From a virus (lineage: Duplodnaviria > Caudoviricetes): a stretch of 64,000 nt of DNA. The notes below the pieces were generated by a model. It was not told the origin of the DNA. It searched no databases and saw only the letters and a program-made list of their open reading frames with translations. The stretch is from IMG/VR virus record IMGVR_UViG_3300042258_000071, positions 128,001 to 192,000 of that record; one strand, given 5' to 3'. Position numbers and translations under genes: made by a program. The stretch's first letter is position 1, and each line of letters starts with the position of its first letter. This document shows, piece after piece, positions 49,964 through 60,171 of this stretch.

Positions 49964-49971
49964 TATATTAC
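49964..49971 (+). promoter_or_regulatory. early promoter motif TATATTAC
   Basis: Exact motif plus N5-TGA. Confidence 0.65.
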
Positions 49972-50141
49972 TTATATGAAATTTGTCCAGCTTCTATCCA
50001 TTATTAAAAATGGTGAAAAACTTAGATCCATCTCTGGACATGACATTATTAAATCTGATGAAACCGATATGGATCACCGATGCGGACTTTTGGCCTACGG
50101 CTTCTGACGTTGTAAAAACCTCATCCTAAAAGGAAATCTTC

Positions 50142-50606
50142 ATGGACAATAATCTAAGAGTAGTGCGCAGAATATCAAAGATGTCTTCCAAGGAATTTGC
50201 AACGAAAATAGGACTTCATTATTCAGTAGTTTATTCATTGGAACGGCTGAATCCTAATGTGGATAGATTTCCATTCCAGCGTTTCATGGAGATCTCGGAG
50301 ATACTTAAGTGCCCGATCGAAACTCTTCTCCCGGGCATTGATACCTATGCGCGCAATCGAATACAAAGGGGGGAGAACCCTTTGCGAGTATATCGTGTCA
50401 TGAAGGGGATTAGTCAGGATGAGCTGGGAGAGATGATTGGGATCTCACAATCGATGATGACCAGATATGAACTGGGTGAAAGTATTCCGGCAATCCCTCT
50501 TGTGTTCAAATGTGCAAAGATCCTCATGTGTGATCCAGTGGAACTCTTTAATTTCTATAAAGATATGGAGTCACATGAAGACGGAACCAGAGCCACTCTC
50601 AAGTAG
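50142..50606 (+). CDS. tandem XRE-family HTH regulator
   Basis: Two HTH_3 units (LRVVR…EFATKIG…LE; LRVYR…SQDELGEMIGISQ…YE). Confidence 0.8.
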   Translation: MDNNLRVVRRISKMSSKEFATKIGLHYSVVYSLERLNPNVDRFPFQRFMEISEILKCPIETLLPGIDTYARNRIQRGENPLRVYRVMKGISQDELGEMIGISQSMMTRYELGESIPAIPLVFKCAKILMCDPVELFNFYKDMESHEDGTRATLK

Positions 50607-50687
50607 TATATCTCTGGTGAATAACCTTTTACATGTAGATGGGAAGCATGCTTCCCATCTATACTTCTTAATCTTGGAGGTCTCTAT

Positions 50688-50897
50688 ATGCAAATACGAA
50701 ACCATGTAAATAAAAAAATGAGATGTCGGGGGCCTGATAAAGAACCCTCTAATCATAGACAGAAACGAAAGGGTAGGAGATTATCTAAAAAGATAGGAAC
50801 TAGAATGGCACGAAGGAGGTTTAATCGCGATTTCAATCTAAGGACTAATTTGGCGTGGGTTCTATCTAGAGAAGAGACAGATTATTATAGAAGATAA
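50688..50897 (+). CDS. small highly basic protein
   Basis: GGAGG RBS, Arg/Lys-rich. Confidence 0.45.
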   Translation: MQIRNHVNKKMRCRGPDKEPSNHRQKRKGRRLSKKIGTRMARRRFNRDFNLRTNLAWVLSREETDYYRR

Positions 50898-51107
50898 GTA
50901 TACGTCATATATGTTAGAATTATTGTTATGGAAATATCTAACTACTATTAGATATACTTAACATACACATCTAACATATTTGTATATTTTAAATAAGTAT
51001 CCTTAGAGATCATTTAGAAAACTTATTATATCTAATGATCCCTAAGGATGTTTCTAATAATCAATTTCTTTTTGTTAAAATCCGTAGTGTTATATTAGGA
51101 GATTTTT

Positions 51108-51419
51108 GTGACAACTATTTACGATTTACATATGAAGACTCTTGTCGAGAGCCTTGCATTGGATACTAAGGCTTTATGGGTATCGATTTCAAAAACGAAT
51201 GAGACTTTAAATTCTCACCAGCGGCTTGCACGTGCGAATGCATACAGACAGCTAACGGGCATTGTTTCCATTAAAACTTTCTCCGAATTTAAGCATGTGG
51301 CAGATAGTCTACTTGATATCAAAATTCACTCTATGGGGATGTCATATAGCACGTCTGAATCCCCCATAGAAACGCGCGTGTATCTTCAGGATGATGGCAC
51401 TATGCGCGCGCGATATTAA
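51108..51419 (+). CDS. hypothetical protein
   Basis: AGGAG RBS, GTG start. Confidence 0.5.
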   Translation: MTTIYDLHMKTLVESLALDTKALWVSISKTNETLNSHQRLARANAYRQLTGIVSIKTFSEFKHVADSLLDIKIHSMGMSYSTSESPIETRVYLQDDGTMRARY

Positions 51420-51469
51420 AAACACTGTTGTACTAAACTAAACACTTCCAACCAATAAAGGATATAGAA

Positions 51470-52303
51470 ATGTCTAAAGGTTCGCCAGTTAAGAAATATG
51501 CTAAATTTAAAAAAATAAAAGAAGGAGACATTCTCATTACGGGGGAGGTGGTTTATGATGCACGTATTACAGAATCCGTTTATGTAGTTAAAAAAACGGA
51601 TAATGGAGACCTATACATCTCCTTGGAGGAAGAAATTTATTTGCTACAAGAACATGCCGCACGTAATGGCGGTACGCTCATGGGTTTTTCGAAAATTGGA
51701 CCCCAAAATGGGTTAACATTTTCTCAGGCCTTGGAGATCTTACAAGCGACCAACTATCATACCCTTCTTACCTTCACACCACCAAATACCGTACCAATGA
51801 TTATTGGGGTGAAGATTATAGGACGTGAAAACACTCCCGAACTGATCAAACTTCGGTACTTTGAAAACCCTGGGATGTTGACCTATGAAGCGTGGGCCCC
51901 GCGACTTCAAGAACTGGAACATCATAATTGGGGGGTGTTGGATGGCGGTAGTGGCATGTGGTGGCCTGATAAGGAACATGGGTGTTGTACAGAAAACGGA
52001 AAAGAAGAAGATAACAAAGCTACCAATAAACGACCGGATGGGGTCGTATCAATACTTGGTGAAATAATCTATCTTGGGGACATTCAGAGTATATCTTCAG
52101 TGTCTGGTCATGATGATGTATGGCACATCTCTGTGACCTTAAAAAATAGTAGTCGAAATTCCCTCATTGGGTATAATCAAGGTTACTCCCGAGAAGAGTT
52201 AATACAGGCACGATCAATGCTAGAAAAATTGTGGGTACACCACTGTGATGTCCCACTCCTGTTAAACATCCCAGAATACGTTGTCCCTAGCACCGGAGCT
52301 TAA
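51470..52303 (+). CDS. hypothetical multi-module protein
   Basis: 277 aa, AAGGA RBS. Confidence 0.55.
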   Translation: MSKGSPVKKYAKFKKIKEGDILITGEVVYDARITESVYVVKKTDNGDLYISLEEEIYLLQEHAARNGGTLMGFSKIGPQNGLTFSQALEILQATNYHTLLTFTPPNTVPMIIGVKIIGRENTPELIKLRYFENPGMLTYEAWAPRLQELEHHNWGVLDGGSGMWWPDKEHGCCTENGKEEDNKATNKRPDGVVSILGEIIYLGDIQSISSVSGHDDVWHISVTLKNSSRNSLIGYNQGYSREELIQARSMLEKLWVHHCDVPLLLNIPEYVVPSTGA

Positions 52304-52425
52304 ATACACATGAAGTAGGGGCAGGGTTATCCTGCCCCTACACATCCTTGTAATTAACTATATCTCATATTTATCCATTATGAGAGTAAGTTACTTCAAA
52401 TACCTCATTAAATAGGAATGATTAA

Positions 52426-52644
52426 ATGACAGACACACTTGACACCATCAACATTGAGCAGCGTAAGTTCGATGACTTCATGAAAAAATTTAAAAGCGGT
52501 AAGTTTGGGACTCAACGTCTCGGACAAGCTTTTGAGAGTCACTTCAATCTTAGTCATATCCAAAAAATTAAAGATGTCAACATCTGGTCTAAGGATGGAG
52601 AACAGGCTCTTAACTGTATCAGATCTATTGTAACATTTTCCTAA
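52426..52644 (+). CDS. small hypothetical phage protein
   Basis: 72 aa, QRLGQAF motif. Confidence 0.5.
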   Translation: MTDTLDTINIEQRKFDDFMKKFKSGKFGTQRLGQAFESHFNLSHIQKIKDVNIWSKDGEQALNCIRSIVTFS

Positions 52645-52657
52645 AAGACCATCTAAC

Positions 52658-53143
52658 ATGATCACTTACACAAATTGTCATTCCGTAATAGAAATGTTAG
52701 CAACCCTTCCTTTCATAAAAGATCTTGATCGCTACTACCCTAACATAGAAGATTGGTATGTGAATAAAGTAATTCCCGGAATGATTCAGGGTTCAGATGG
52801 GATGGTCATCGCCAAAGATGGAGATACACCAATTGGAGTCGGACTCTATAAGTCCGAACCATATGAGAAAAAGTTGCGATGCATTCGCGTACTTCCACCA
52901 TATAAAGGTAGAGGTGTAGGTCTTCACTTAATTGATCGGACCCTTAAAAAACTAGACTGTGCTAAACCTACAGTGTCGGTTGCAGAAGAACTAATTCATG
53001 AGTATTCTAGAATATTTGTCAATCGATATGATTTTAAAATCTCTCATGTCTACCGAGGAATTTATCGTACGTCTAAATTGGAATACGAATTCAATGGACA
53101 CCTCAACCTTGCAGACTCCCCACCCTATGGGTCAGTAGGTTAG
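52658..53143 (+). CDS. GNAT-family acetyltransferase
   Basis: Acetyl-CoA motif RVLPPYKGRGVG. Confidence 0.75.
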   Translation: MITYTNCHSVIEMLATLPFIKDLDRYYPNIEDWYVNKVIPGMIQGSDGMVIAKDGDTPIGVGLYKSEPYEKKLRCIRVLPPYKGRGVGLHLIDRTLKKLDCAKPTVSVAEELIHEYSRIFVNRYDFKISHVYRGIYRTSKLEYEFNGHLNLADSPPYGSVG

Positions 53144-53338
53144 AAACGGAATAATTAGATGACCATTCAGAACTGCCCATTCATTACTCTGACGGTTCTG
53201 AATGGTCAAGTAAGAATGTCCTTGATAATTTCAAGACGGATGACATTGTGAAAAATACAATGGAAGATATCCGTCAGATTCTACAGAAAAATGGTGTTGT
53301 GGTCAAAATTATCGACCATAGTTAAATTGGAGTTAGAA

Positions 53339-53839
53339 ATGACATCTCAGGTAAAAAAATCTAAGAGAAAGAGAAATCCTATCCCAGGGTTTGTTAAACC
53401 CCCAAAAGTAGATCTAAATAATTTGTCTCTTGAAGAGTGTGTTCAAAATTTATGGGAAAAACCAACTAAAGGATATATCTCAGCTCTCGCATTTAAACTT
53501 CGGGAAACATTTGAAATCAAACAACATGAAGCCTTGAGGATGGTCGCACATTGGTATGGGTTTGAATCCTATACTGATTTATTCTATTCTAAACTAGACA
53601 TTTATACAAGTACTGAAGAAGATCGTACTTCTTATGAGAAACGCATACCTTATCGGGATGAAAATCGACTGTTTAGAAAAAGTCAAACTTCCAGACATAG
53701 AGTATATAAAGAAATTGAATCTTTACCTTCTAAGTCTCTACCTATTCAAACGGGTCTTGATGAAATACATAAAAGACAATCTCACTCACCTATTGATAAA
53801 AACGCTGCAACTGAAATACTACCTCCCAAGTCAAACTGA
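53339..53839 (+). CDS. hypothetical protein
   Basis: Start at 53339 after GGAG; EALRMVAHWYGFESY helical motif. Confidence 0.5.
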   Translation: MTSQVKKSKRKRNPIPGFVKPPKVDLNNLSLEECVQNLWEKPTKGYISALAFKLRETFEIKQHEALRMVAHWYGFESYTDLFYSKLDIYTSTEEDRTSYEKRIPYRDENRLFRKSQTSRHRVYKEIESLPSKSLPIQTGLDEIHKRQSHSPIDKNAATEILPPKSN

Positions 53840-53862
53840 GATTTAAATTGGAGTTAGAATAG

Positions 53863-54252
53863 ATGCCAGGTATGAACATTGCAATTCTTAATGACGGTGA
53901 AGGTAACCCGATATCGGTAACCATGTCATATTCCATGTACCAGTCATTAATAGGTAAACCGGTAGAGTTGCCAGAATCGAATAATAGTGATGATCGGGTA
54001 ATCATAGCTAACTCTATATGGTCAGGTACTTACTCAAAAGATCTTAGAGTTAAATTAGGATTGTCACAACAAGACGTGGCATCTATGTTAAGTATATCTC
54101 AATCGTCTCTCTCAAACTTTGAAAATGGCGTGCATAAACCATCCCAATCTCTGAGAATAGAGAAGATGGTAAGGCGTATATTAAAATTAGAAGGGAGTGA
54201 TAAAAAAAAAATGAATATGAAGTACCATCTTCGATGTACTACGTCAGAATAA
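53863..54252 (+). CDS. XRE-family HTH protein (antitoxin-like architecture)
   Basis: LRVKLGLSQQDVASMLSISQSSLSNFENG. Confidence 0.75.
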   Translation: MPGMNIAILNDGEGNPISVTMSYSMYQSLIGKPVELPESNNSDDRVIIANSIWSGTYSKDLRVKLGLSQQDVASMLSISQSSLSNFENGVHKPSQSLRIEKMVRRILKLEGSDKKKMNMKYHLRCTTSE

Positions 54253-54306
54253 AGAAGTAGGATACTCATCATACCCTACCACGTAAACATGTAAAGGAGA
54301 TCCACA

Positions 54307-54756
54307 ATGACATATCCTAACCATTCCAGAATACTCGAAGAATATGCAAGTGAAGTTATCCCAATGATTTTAGAAGAATCTGAGAAACTCCACAACTCAA
54401 CTCCTTTTCAGATCATGTCCAGCATCAATACCTGGGAACTTGTGGACACTGAATTGTCGTCTGTTCGAGGTATGTCTGAAGAAGAACTCAGAAATTCCAT
54501 TATTGCAGACATACAGAATGTTGCATACTGGGGTATCAACAATAAAAAACTCATTATGATGCCAGAAGACCTCCATCGTCATGTAGCTGACGAAGATCAG
54601 AAGCAGCGCATCATGGAAGCGTTCCAGCATAAAGACGTTCAAGATCTCATCACAACATCCAGTGATGGAGGTTTGATCATTCGTGAAGATAGAAAATCTG
54701 AGGCAGAAGAATATTGTGGCGTATATGTTCTGACCCCATACCCCCACAATGGGTAA
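54307..54756 (+). CDS. hypothetical protein
   Basis: AAGGAG RBS. Confidence 0.55.
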   Translation: MTYPNHSRILEEYASEVIPMILEESEKLHNSTPFQIMSSINTWELVDTELSSVRGMSEEELRNSIIADIQNVAYWGINNKKLIMMPEDLHRHVADEDQKQRIMEAFQHKDVQDLITTSSDGGLIIREDRKSEAEEYCGVYVLTPYPHNG

Positions 54757-55261
54757 ACTACTCACATATCACATAAAGGAAGACGATATGTTTCATCATG
54801 TGGAAGTCGTTCTGCCAAATATGTCTGACTCTAAGGCCAAAATTATTGCTACTAAAGTTTTAAATACATACCTCCCTCTCTCCGAATGTAGGTCGGGCTT
54901 TCATGAAATATTTGGATCATGGGAATTTGGGGGACAAGAAATTGAGCCACATGGGTGGCAATGGCAGGATTCGGATTCTACCATGGAATCAGAATACATT
55001 CGTCAACTTAAAACTCTCCCAAAAGACTATCTTTTATCTCACGCCGTAATTGTCGAATACAAACACCATCATGGCACCCCCAACGGTCCTAAGACGTGGG
55101 ATATTTCCACACTTCTTATATCTCACATATGGAATGGAATTTTATGGCAAAAAGCCGCATTTTCAGGAAACATCTTTGATACAGTTCACTATCACAATGA
55201 ACGTAGCGAATCTAATATCACAGACGATTGGATTTCCGTAACAGCAACTTGTCAAGACTAA
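54749..55261 (+). CDS. hypothetical protein
   Basis: 170 aa, overlaps upstream gene. Confidence 0.5.
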   Translation: MGKLLTYHIKEDDMFHHVEVVLPNMSDSKAKIIATKVLNTYLPLSECRSGFHEIFGSWEFGGQEIEPHGWQWQDSDSTMESEYIRQLKTLPKDYLLSHAVIVEYKHHHGTPNGPKTWDISTLLISHIWNGILWQKAAFSGNIFDTVHYHNERSESNITDDWISVTATCQD

Positions 55262-55286
55262 AGAGTAATTGAAGGGAAAACTTATC

Positions 55287-55871
55287 ATGGTGCTTAAGGC
55301 ATTGGAATCCTTAAAAGAATACACATTCAACTTGTATCATTACAGTCCTGTTCCACGTACTTACTTATCTGCCACATCAACTATTTCACATAAAAAGAAT
55401 ATCGATATTGAAAAACGAGACAGATCAGACAGTATATCTCTGTTCTTTGACCCTGTTCCGATTGAACTTATCCGAAAACATTATCCAAAAGAATCTATGT
55501 GGAAAGCACCGCGTATTATTGAACATGTGGTTACAGTAAAAAGTCTCCCTACTAAACTCTCGTTTACGATTGTTGAAACAAAAAGTCTAACAAAACTCGC
55601 CGATGAAAAATGGGGAAAAATCCCAGAATCGGAGTATCTAAAAGAAGAAGAGAAGATTCATCGAAAAGAAAATACTCAGGGTTTAGGGAAAACTAATTTA
55701 ATATCAATGATCCCCCAGTTTATGGGTGGAACAGAAGCTGCATATAAAAAACTTGTTAAACGCCCAGATTTTAAAGGGGATCTGGATACGTATTATGCGG
55801 CAACGGTTCCACATGTCATGCTCTGGGTTCCTACTGGTAGGCTTCTTGTACATAAAAAATATGCAATTTAA
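55287..55871 (+). CDS. hypothetical protein, possible head protein; paralogue of 49405..49869
   Basis: N-terminal KALE-S resembles a gp175 cleavage motif; shared motifs with 49405. Confidence 0.55.
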   Translation: MVLKALESLKEYTFNLYHYSPVPRTYLSATSTISHKKNIDIEKRDRSDSISLFFDPVPIELIRKHYPKESMWKAPRIIEHVVTVKSLPTKLSFTIVETKSLTKLADEKWGKIPESEYLKEEEKIHRKENTQGLGKTNLISMIPQFMGGTEAAYKKLVKRPDFKGDLDTYYAATVPHVMLWVPTGRLLVHKKYAI

Positions 55872-56071
55872 ACTACTGATAATCTTAAACACATTGTTCA
55901 CAATAATGGTGACTTAGAGATACTCAATCTACCAATGAAAGAATATTTAAACGTCCATACTTCAAGACCACATACCTGTTGTAAAAGATCCAATGTTTGC
56001 ACTCAGATGATTTGCACAGGGCTGAACAGTAAATCATCTTCGATTCAGACTCAACTTAAGGAAGTGTTATA

Positions 56072-56815
56072 GTGAAAAAGTCTCGGTTAGAAAGAATGCG
56101 TTTTGCACGTAAAAATAAAGAAACCAGTTCTAATGGCCCTGTTCTTAACGAAGATAAGGGTCAGTTTAATGGTTCCTGTAATCGAACCGCATGTCAAGCT
56201 CCACACGCCATCTGGTGGAACCGTGGTTCACATTCTCACTACTGTGCTAGATGCAAAACTATCCTCGATTTTGCAAATCGTCATGAAGCCATGCAGTTAT
56301 TCCATGGACCTCTCTGTGTTCCAGCTAAATCGGAATCTGGATACACACTCTTCTGTGCACCGGAAGGTTGTGAAGACAAATCCATTATGAACATTGCGGA
56401 TCGAAGATTTAGTGAAAAACGTGATCCGAAGTTTGTACATCTACATGATGTAGAATCTGTCATTTCATACTTGGACGACAACGGGTGTCCTGATATTCTC
56501 CAAATCGAAATGTCGGAAGATGAAACTGAACAAATCTTAACTTATCTATATGGTAAAACTGAAAATAATCCAGAGTGGGTGGATGGTAAGTTGTATCACC
56601 TGAGGTTGTCAGCACTTGACCCTCAGTCCCCAAAAGATTCATCAAAAAGAGTATACTACGATCCAGAGATGGATGTGACTGCTAAAGAGAACACTTTTAA
56701 AGAGTTAAGAGTCTGTCTCATTCGAACCATGTTCACTGACTATCATAAGTTCTTTAATCAATTAGAATGGCGTCGTTGTGAATTTGACGGTATTCTTAGT
56801 ATGGTACAAATTTAA
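56072..56815 (+). CDS. hypothetical protein with N-terminal Cys-rich Zn-binding module
   Basis: GSCNRTAC…YCARC. Confidence 0.55.
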   Translation: MKKSRLERMRFARKNKETSSNGPVLNEDKGQFNGSCNRTACQAPHAIWWNRGSHSHYCARCKTILDFANRHEAMQLFHGPLCVPAKSESGYTLFCAPEGCEDKSIMNIADRRFSEKRDPKFVHLHDVESVISYLDDNGCPDILQIEMSEDETEQILTYLYGKTENNPEWVDGKLYHLRLSALDPQSPKDSSKRVYYDPEMDVTAKENTFKELRVCLIRTMFTDYHKFFNQLEWRRCEFDGILSMVQI

Positions 56816-56914
56816 AGGGGATGGCGCATGTGTAGCGCCATCCTTCTCTTATCCTCTTACTCTTTTTTATTAATTTAAGAATATGGAGTTGAAGATTGAT
56901 AACGATTAAAAGTA

Positions 56915-56922
56915 TATATTAC
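56915..56922 (+). promoter_or_regulatory. early promoter motif TATATTAC
   Basis: Exact motif plus N5-TGA. Confidence 0.7.
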
Positions 56923-56958
56923 TAAATTGAATTAACGTCTCATAAAGGAGTTCCACCG

Positions 56959-57708
56959 ATGACTAGCGAAATAAAGACGATTTGGTTCTCAAATAAGATT
57001 CTGAAATTCCTAAAAATACGTTCTTTTGAACGCGGCCCTAAGAATAAATTCATGAACTGGGTTTTACAAGGATCGTGGATCGAAGCTCATGGCATCTTCG
57101 GATTTGGACTTTCGCTATGCAATTTTCAAGATGACCAGTATGGACACTTCAGTCTCTATATTCATCTAGGTTACCCGTCTATCTATCTTAAACTCCCTTA
57201 CTTTAAAAGAGAACCTAAGGATGGCGGGATGATTGATAAGTGGGGTTTTAATTTCAATACAGATTTTCTTCATCTTAATTTTGGTCCAAACCGGGGGATG
57301 GTTATAGATCTTCCATGGAGTTGGTCCTTTGTCAGTCACAGTGTTTTACAAGAAGATGGTACTTGGACGACAGATTATTATCGAGACACTCCTAAAATGA
57401 AAACTGATGATATTCGAGCACATGCTCAATATGAGAAACATCCCTATACGTATACACCTCGGTATGGAGCCACTCATACGGTTCAAGCCGCTATAACAAC
57501 TGAAAAATATGAATGGCGCATGAAATGGTTGCGACGCATTCCTATTTTTCGTAAGATCCGCAGGTGTATAGATGTGAACTTTGAACGAGAAATAGGGGAA
57601 GACGTCGGATCTTGGAAAGGTGGCGTCATTGGATGTGGGTACGATATGCTTCCAAACGAAACTGCTTTAGACACGCTTCGGCGTATGGAGCGAGAACGTA
57701 AATTTTAA
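56959..57708 (+). CDS. hypothetical phage protein
   Basis: AAGGAG RBS; GEDVGSWKGGVIG…LRRMERERKF. Confidence 0.6.
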   Translation: MTSEIKTIWFSNKILKFLKIRSFERGPKNKFMNWVLQGSWIEAHGIFGFGLSLCNFQDDQYGHFSLYIHLGYPSIYLKLPYFKREPKDGGMIDKWGFNFNTDFLHLNFGPNRGMVIDLPWSWSFVSHSVLQEDGTWTTDYYRDTPKMKTDDIRAHAQYEKHPYTYTPRYGATHTVQAAITTEKYEWRMKWLRRIPIFRKIRRCIDVNFEREIGEDVGSWKGGVIGCGYDMLPNETALDTLRRMERERKF

Positions 57709-57852
57709 GTAGGACACCTTAGTAGGAGTGAGAAGATCTCACTCCTGCTTATAGGCTTTATATCCGATAAGTAAGATCACTATCTTACCATCCTTATTTA
57801 TTGAATATCGGAGAAGTAAAAGTTCACTCACGATAGACTTTTAAACATAAAA

Positions 57853-58176
57853 ATGGGAGTTAAAGATATGTATACAAAACATGAGATTTTGAAGATTATC
57901 CAAACTCTCTATGATGCCGGACTATCTTCAGATGAAATTCTTAAAGGTCTTAAGAATATTCTTACAAAAGACAGGGAGGATCCCACTAGCACTGTTCTGG
58001 AATATGTAGAATGTGAACCTGGCGATCGCATTGAATTCAGAAAAAGCCGAGGGTTATCCCAAACTGAGATAGCACGTGTTTTAGGAGTCTCTCAGAAAAC
58101 TGTTTCAAACTGGGAAACTACCTTAGTAACATGTGAGGATCTTAAAAAGAGACTCCCTATCTGTGAAAATATTTGA
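57853..58176 (+). CDS. XRE-family HTH protein
   Basis: RKSRGLSQTEIARVLGVSQKTVSNWE. Confidence 0.8.
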   Translation: MGVKDMYTKHEILKIIQTLYDAGLSSDEILKGLKNILTKDREDPTSTVLEYVECEPGDRIEFRKSRGLSQTEIARVLGVSQKTVSNWETTLVTCEDLKKRLPICENI

Positions 58177-58223
58177 CACTCACTGAAACCTCTATCATTA
58201 AAAAAATAAGAAGAGATATCAAA

Positions 58224-58251
58224 TAGAGAGTGCCCGCAAGGGCACTCTCTA
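58224..58251. terminator. bidirectional terminator, GCAA tetraloop
   Basis: TAGAGAGTGCCC-GCAA-GGGCACTCTCTA between convergent genes. Confidence 0.75.
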
Positions 58252-58259
58252 CTCACTCG

Positions 58260-58868
58260 TTAATATGTGCATTTCCAGTTAGTCGTCAGTTGACGACTAA
58301 CATTTCCAACGTCCCTTAGCCATCCCACCCGATTTTTAGTAATGACCAGATATTTGGCACCGGCTAACCGACGGGTGATCATGGCCGGTGTCCCGGTCAA
58401 TTCTTTCAACCTCGGGAGGTACTTTGATCTGGCGAGATTTCGATCAATTTTTAATGTCATGATGGGTGACATATATTGATCCCACCCTTCCTGGGCCACT
58501 GCCTCCGGTATTGACTCACGTTCTACGAACTGCAACCACCACAGATCAACAAGACCTGCGGCCAGTTTCCCCACTAGCCAGTCATTGTCATTGTAGAAGG
58601 CTCGGCGTTTACCGAGTTTTATTTCTGGGGTGTTCTCCAGGTTTGGTAGGATTAAGGTCGGTGTCGGGTATGAAGAGTCTGGATCTTCGATTTTAACCCA
58701 TATGCCATCAATATATTGATGCCAGTGAGATTCTGTCCCTGGACAAACCAGGTGCACACGCCGTACGGCGCTCCAGGCTTGCTTCCAAGCCTCTTTGTAT
58801 AGAGACGTGCGATCTACGGTGATCACACCGTTACGGAAGCTGAAGAATGCGTTTGCACATTTAGTCAT
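58260..58868 (-). CDS. hypothetical early protein on the opposite strand
   Basis: AGGAG RBS and own minus-strand TATATTAC promoter. Confidence 0.65.
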   Translation of the reverse strand: MTKCANAFFSFRNGVITVDRTSLYKEAWKQAWSAVRRVHLVCPGTESHWHQYIDGIWVKIEDPDSSYPTPTLILPNLENTPEIKLGKRRAFYNDNDWLVGKLAAGLVDLWWLQFVERESIPEAVAQEGWDQYMSPIMTLKIDRNLARSKYLPRLKELTGTPAMITRRLAGAKYLVITKNRVGWLRDVGNVSRQLTTNWKCTY

Positions 58869-58907
58869 GGTAGTCTCCTAATTGAGAATGATGAAGGTAT
58901 CCTATTA

Positions 58908-58915
58908 GTAATATA
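58908..58915 (-). promoter_or_regulatory. early promoter motif TATATTAC (minus strand)
   Basis: GTAATATA on the + strand, 40 nt upstream of the 58868 start. Confidence 0.7.
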
Positions 58916-59134
58916 TATCTAAGAAGAAATGATTGTCAATATGGGGATATCGTCATGGAAATAAAAGATAGAATGACTGACCTTGACTAGGTGTCTTTTA
59001 AACTATAATAAGTAGCATATAACGCGTGTAGTGTGATTATAAACTTTAACAAAGTATCCAATAAGTAGTGGTGGGATGCCCACCACTACTTCCATATTGT
59101 CACTTGTAATTCAGCTTTCTAAAGGAGACATGAA

Positions 59135-59476
59135 TTGGTAGAATTTATTATTTGGACTACATACACTATCGTGGCTGTTATACTCTCTGTTGTTGGTTAC
59201 ATTGTGTACATGCAGATCCATTCCGAGAAATTCAAGGAACAGGCTGAAGATGCGATCATTAAGATCTGCGCAGAAAAGAGGTCTAACATTAAAGAATCTG
59301 ATTACATAAAGTATCTCAGGATCTATTATAGATGCTGTTTTATTCAAAACGTTGTCAGTGTGCGATCAAAAAGTATATCAGAAATTCAAGCAGATTCTAA
59401 GAAGATTGCCCTTCGAGATACTCAAAGAATGATTGATGCCGTAAATCGAAAAGGTGCAATAGGGAATCCTTCTTAA
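59135..59476 (+). CDS. membrane-anchored hypothetical protein
   Basis: N-terminal TM helix; AAGGAG RBS. Confidence 0.5.
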   Translation: MVEFIIWTTYTIVAVILSVVGYIVYMQIHSEKFKEQAEDAIIKICAEKRSNIKESDYIKYLRIYYRCCFIQNVVSVRSKSISEIQADSKKIALRDTQRMIDAVNRKGAIGNPS

Positions 59477-59527
59477 GGTAGCACAAACTAAAAACATTAC
59501 ATCCTTATAATGGAAAGGAATTAGATC

Positions 59528-60004
59528 ATGTCGACCTTAAATGTCCGGACTATATCAGAAGAAGTTACCCTTATCGAATGTCAGGGGACCTTCCAGACCT
59601 CAACTCCTGAGCAACGTGCCAAGTACGAGAATCTCAATACCTCAATTGAAGGCGCCCTAGATCTCATCATGGCTGGTGAGATCAATTCATTTTATCTCAT
59701 TGGGTGTGATTTTGGACTCTATCGTCCTTCTGAACCTTGTTGTATGGTTCGAGTGTTTAGAGAAGCTGATAATCCAAAAGATCGCATCATCGCATGTCAC
59801 TCCCTTAAATTTATGGATGGGGAATATCGCACCGGAAGCGGTCATTACGGTCGATGTGACAGTGAAGCTACATTAAATTATCTCTCCGGAGAGTTCTTGA
59901 AAGCTTCTCTTATCAACAGCCAGATCGTAGAATTTATTCAGAAACGTAACGGTGGAGAACCAATCCCGAATCATCAGCGGCTGTGCAAGGTCAAGATTTT
60001 CTAA
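59528..60004 (+). CDS. hypothetical protein
   Basis: 158 aa, AAGGA RBS. Confidence 0.55.
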   Translation: MSTLNVRTISEEVTLIECQGTFQTSTPEQRAKYENLNTSIEGALDLIMAGEINSFYLIGCDFGLYRPSEPCCMVRVFREADNPKDRIIACHSLKFMDGEYRTGSGHYGRCDSEATLNYLSGEFLKASLINSQIVEFIQKRNGGEPIPNHQRLCKVKIF

Positions 60005-60094
60005 TCAAACACCCGGAAAAGAGGAAGGTACTACAAAAAATGATGTAACGATCCTTAACGTATAAAATACAGTTATCATTGTCAGGAGATTATA

Positions 60095-60128
60095 AGAGAA
60101 GGAAGTGCCTAGAGGCACTTCCTTCTCT
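60095..60128 (+). terminator. 16-bp stem terminator
   Basis: AGAGAAGGAAGTGCCT-AG-AGGCACTTCCTTCTCT. Confidence 0.7.
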
Positions 60129-60163
60129 ACTCTTTATTTTTTATCTCAATGGTACTCTATTTA

Positions 60164-60171
60164 TATATTAC
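60164..60171 (+). promoter_or_regulatory. early promoter motif TATATTAC
   Basis: Exact motif plus N5-TGA. Confidence 0.7.
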
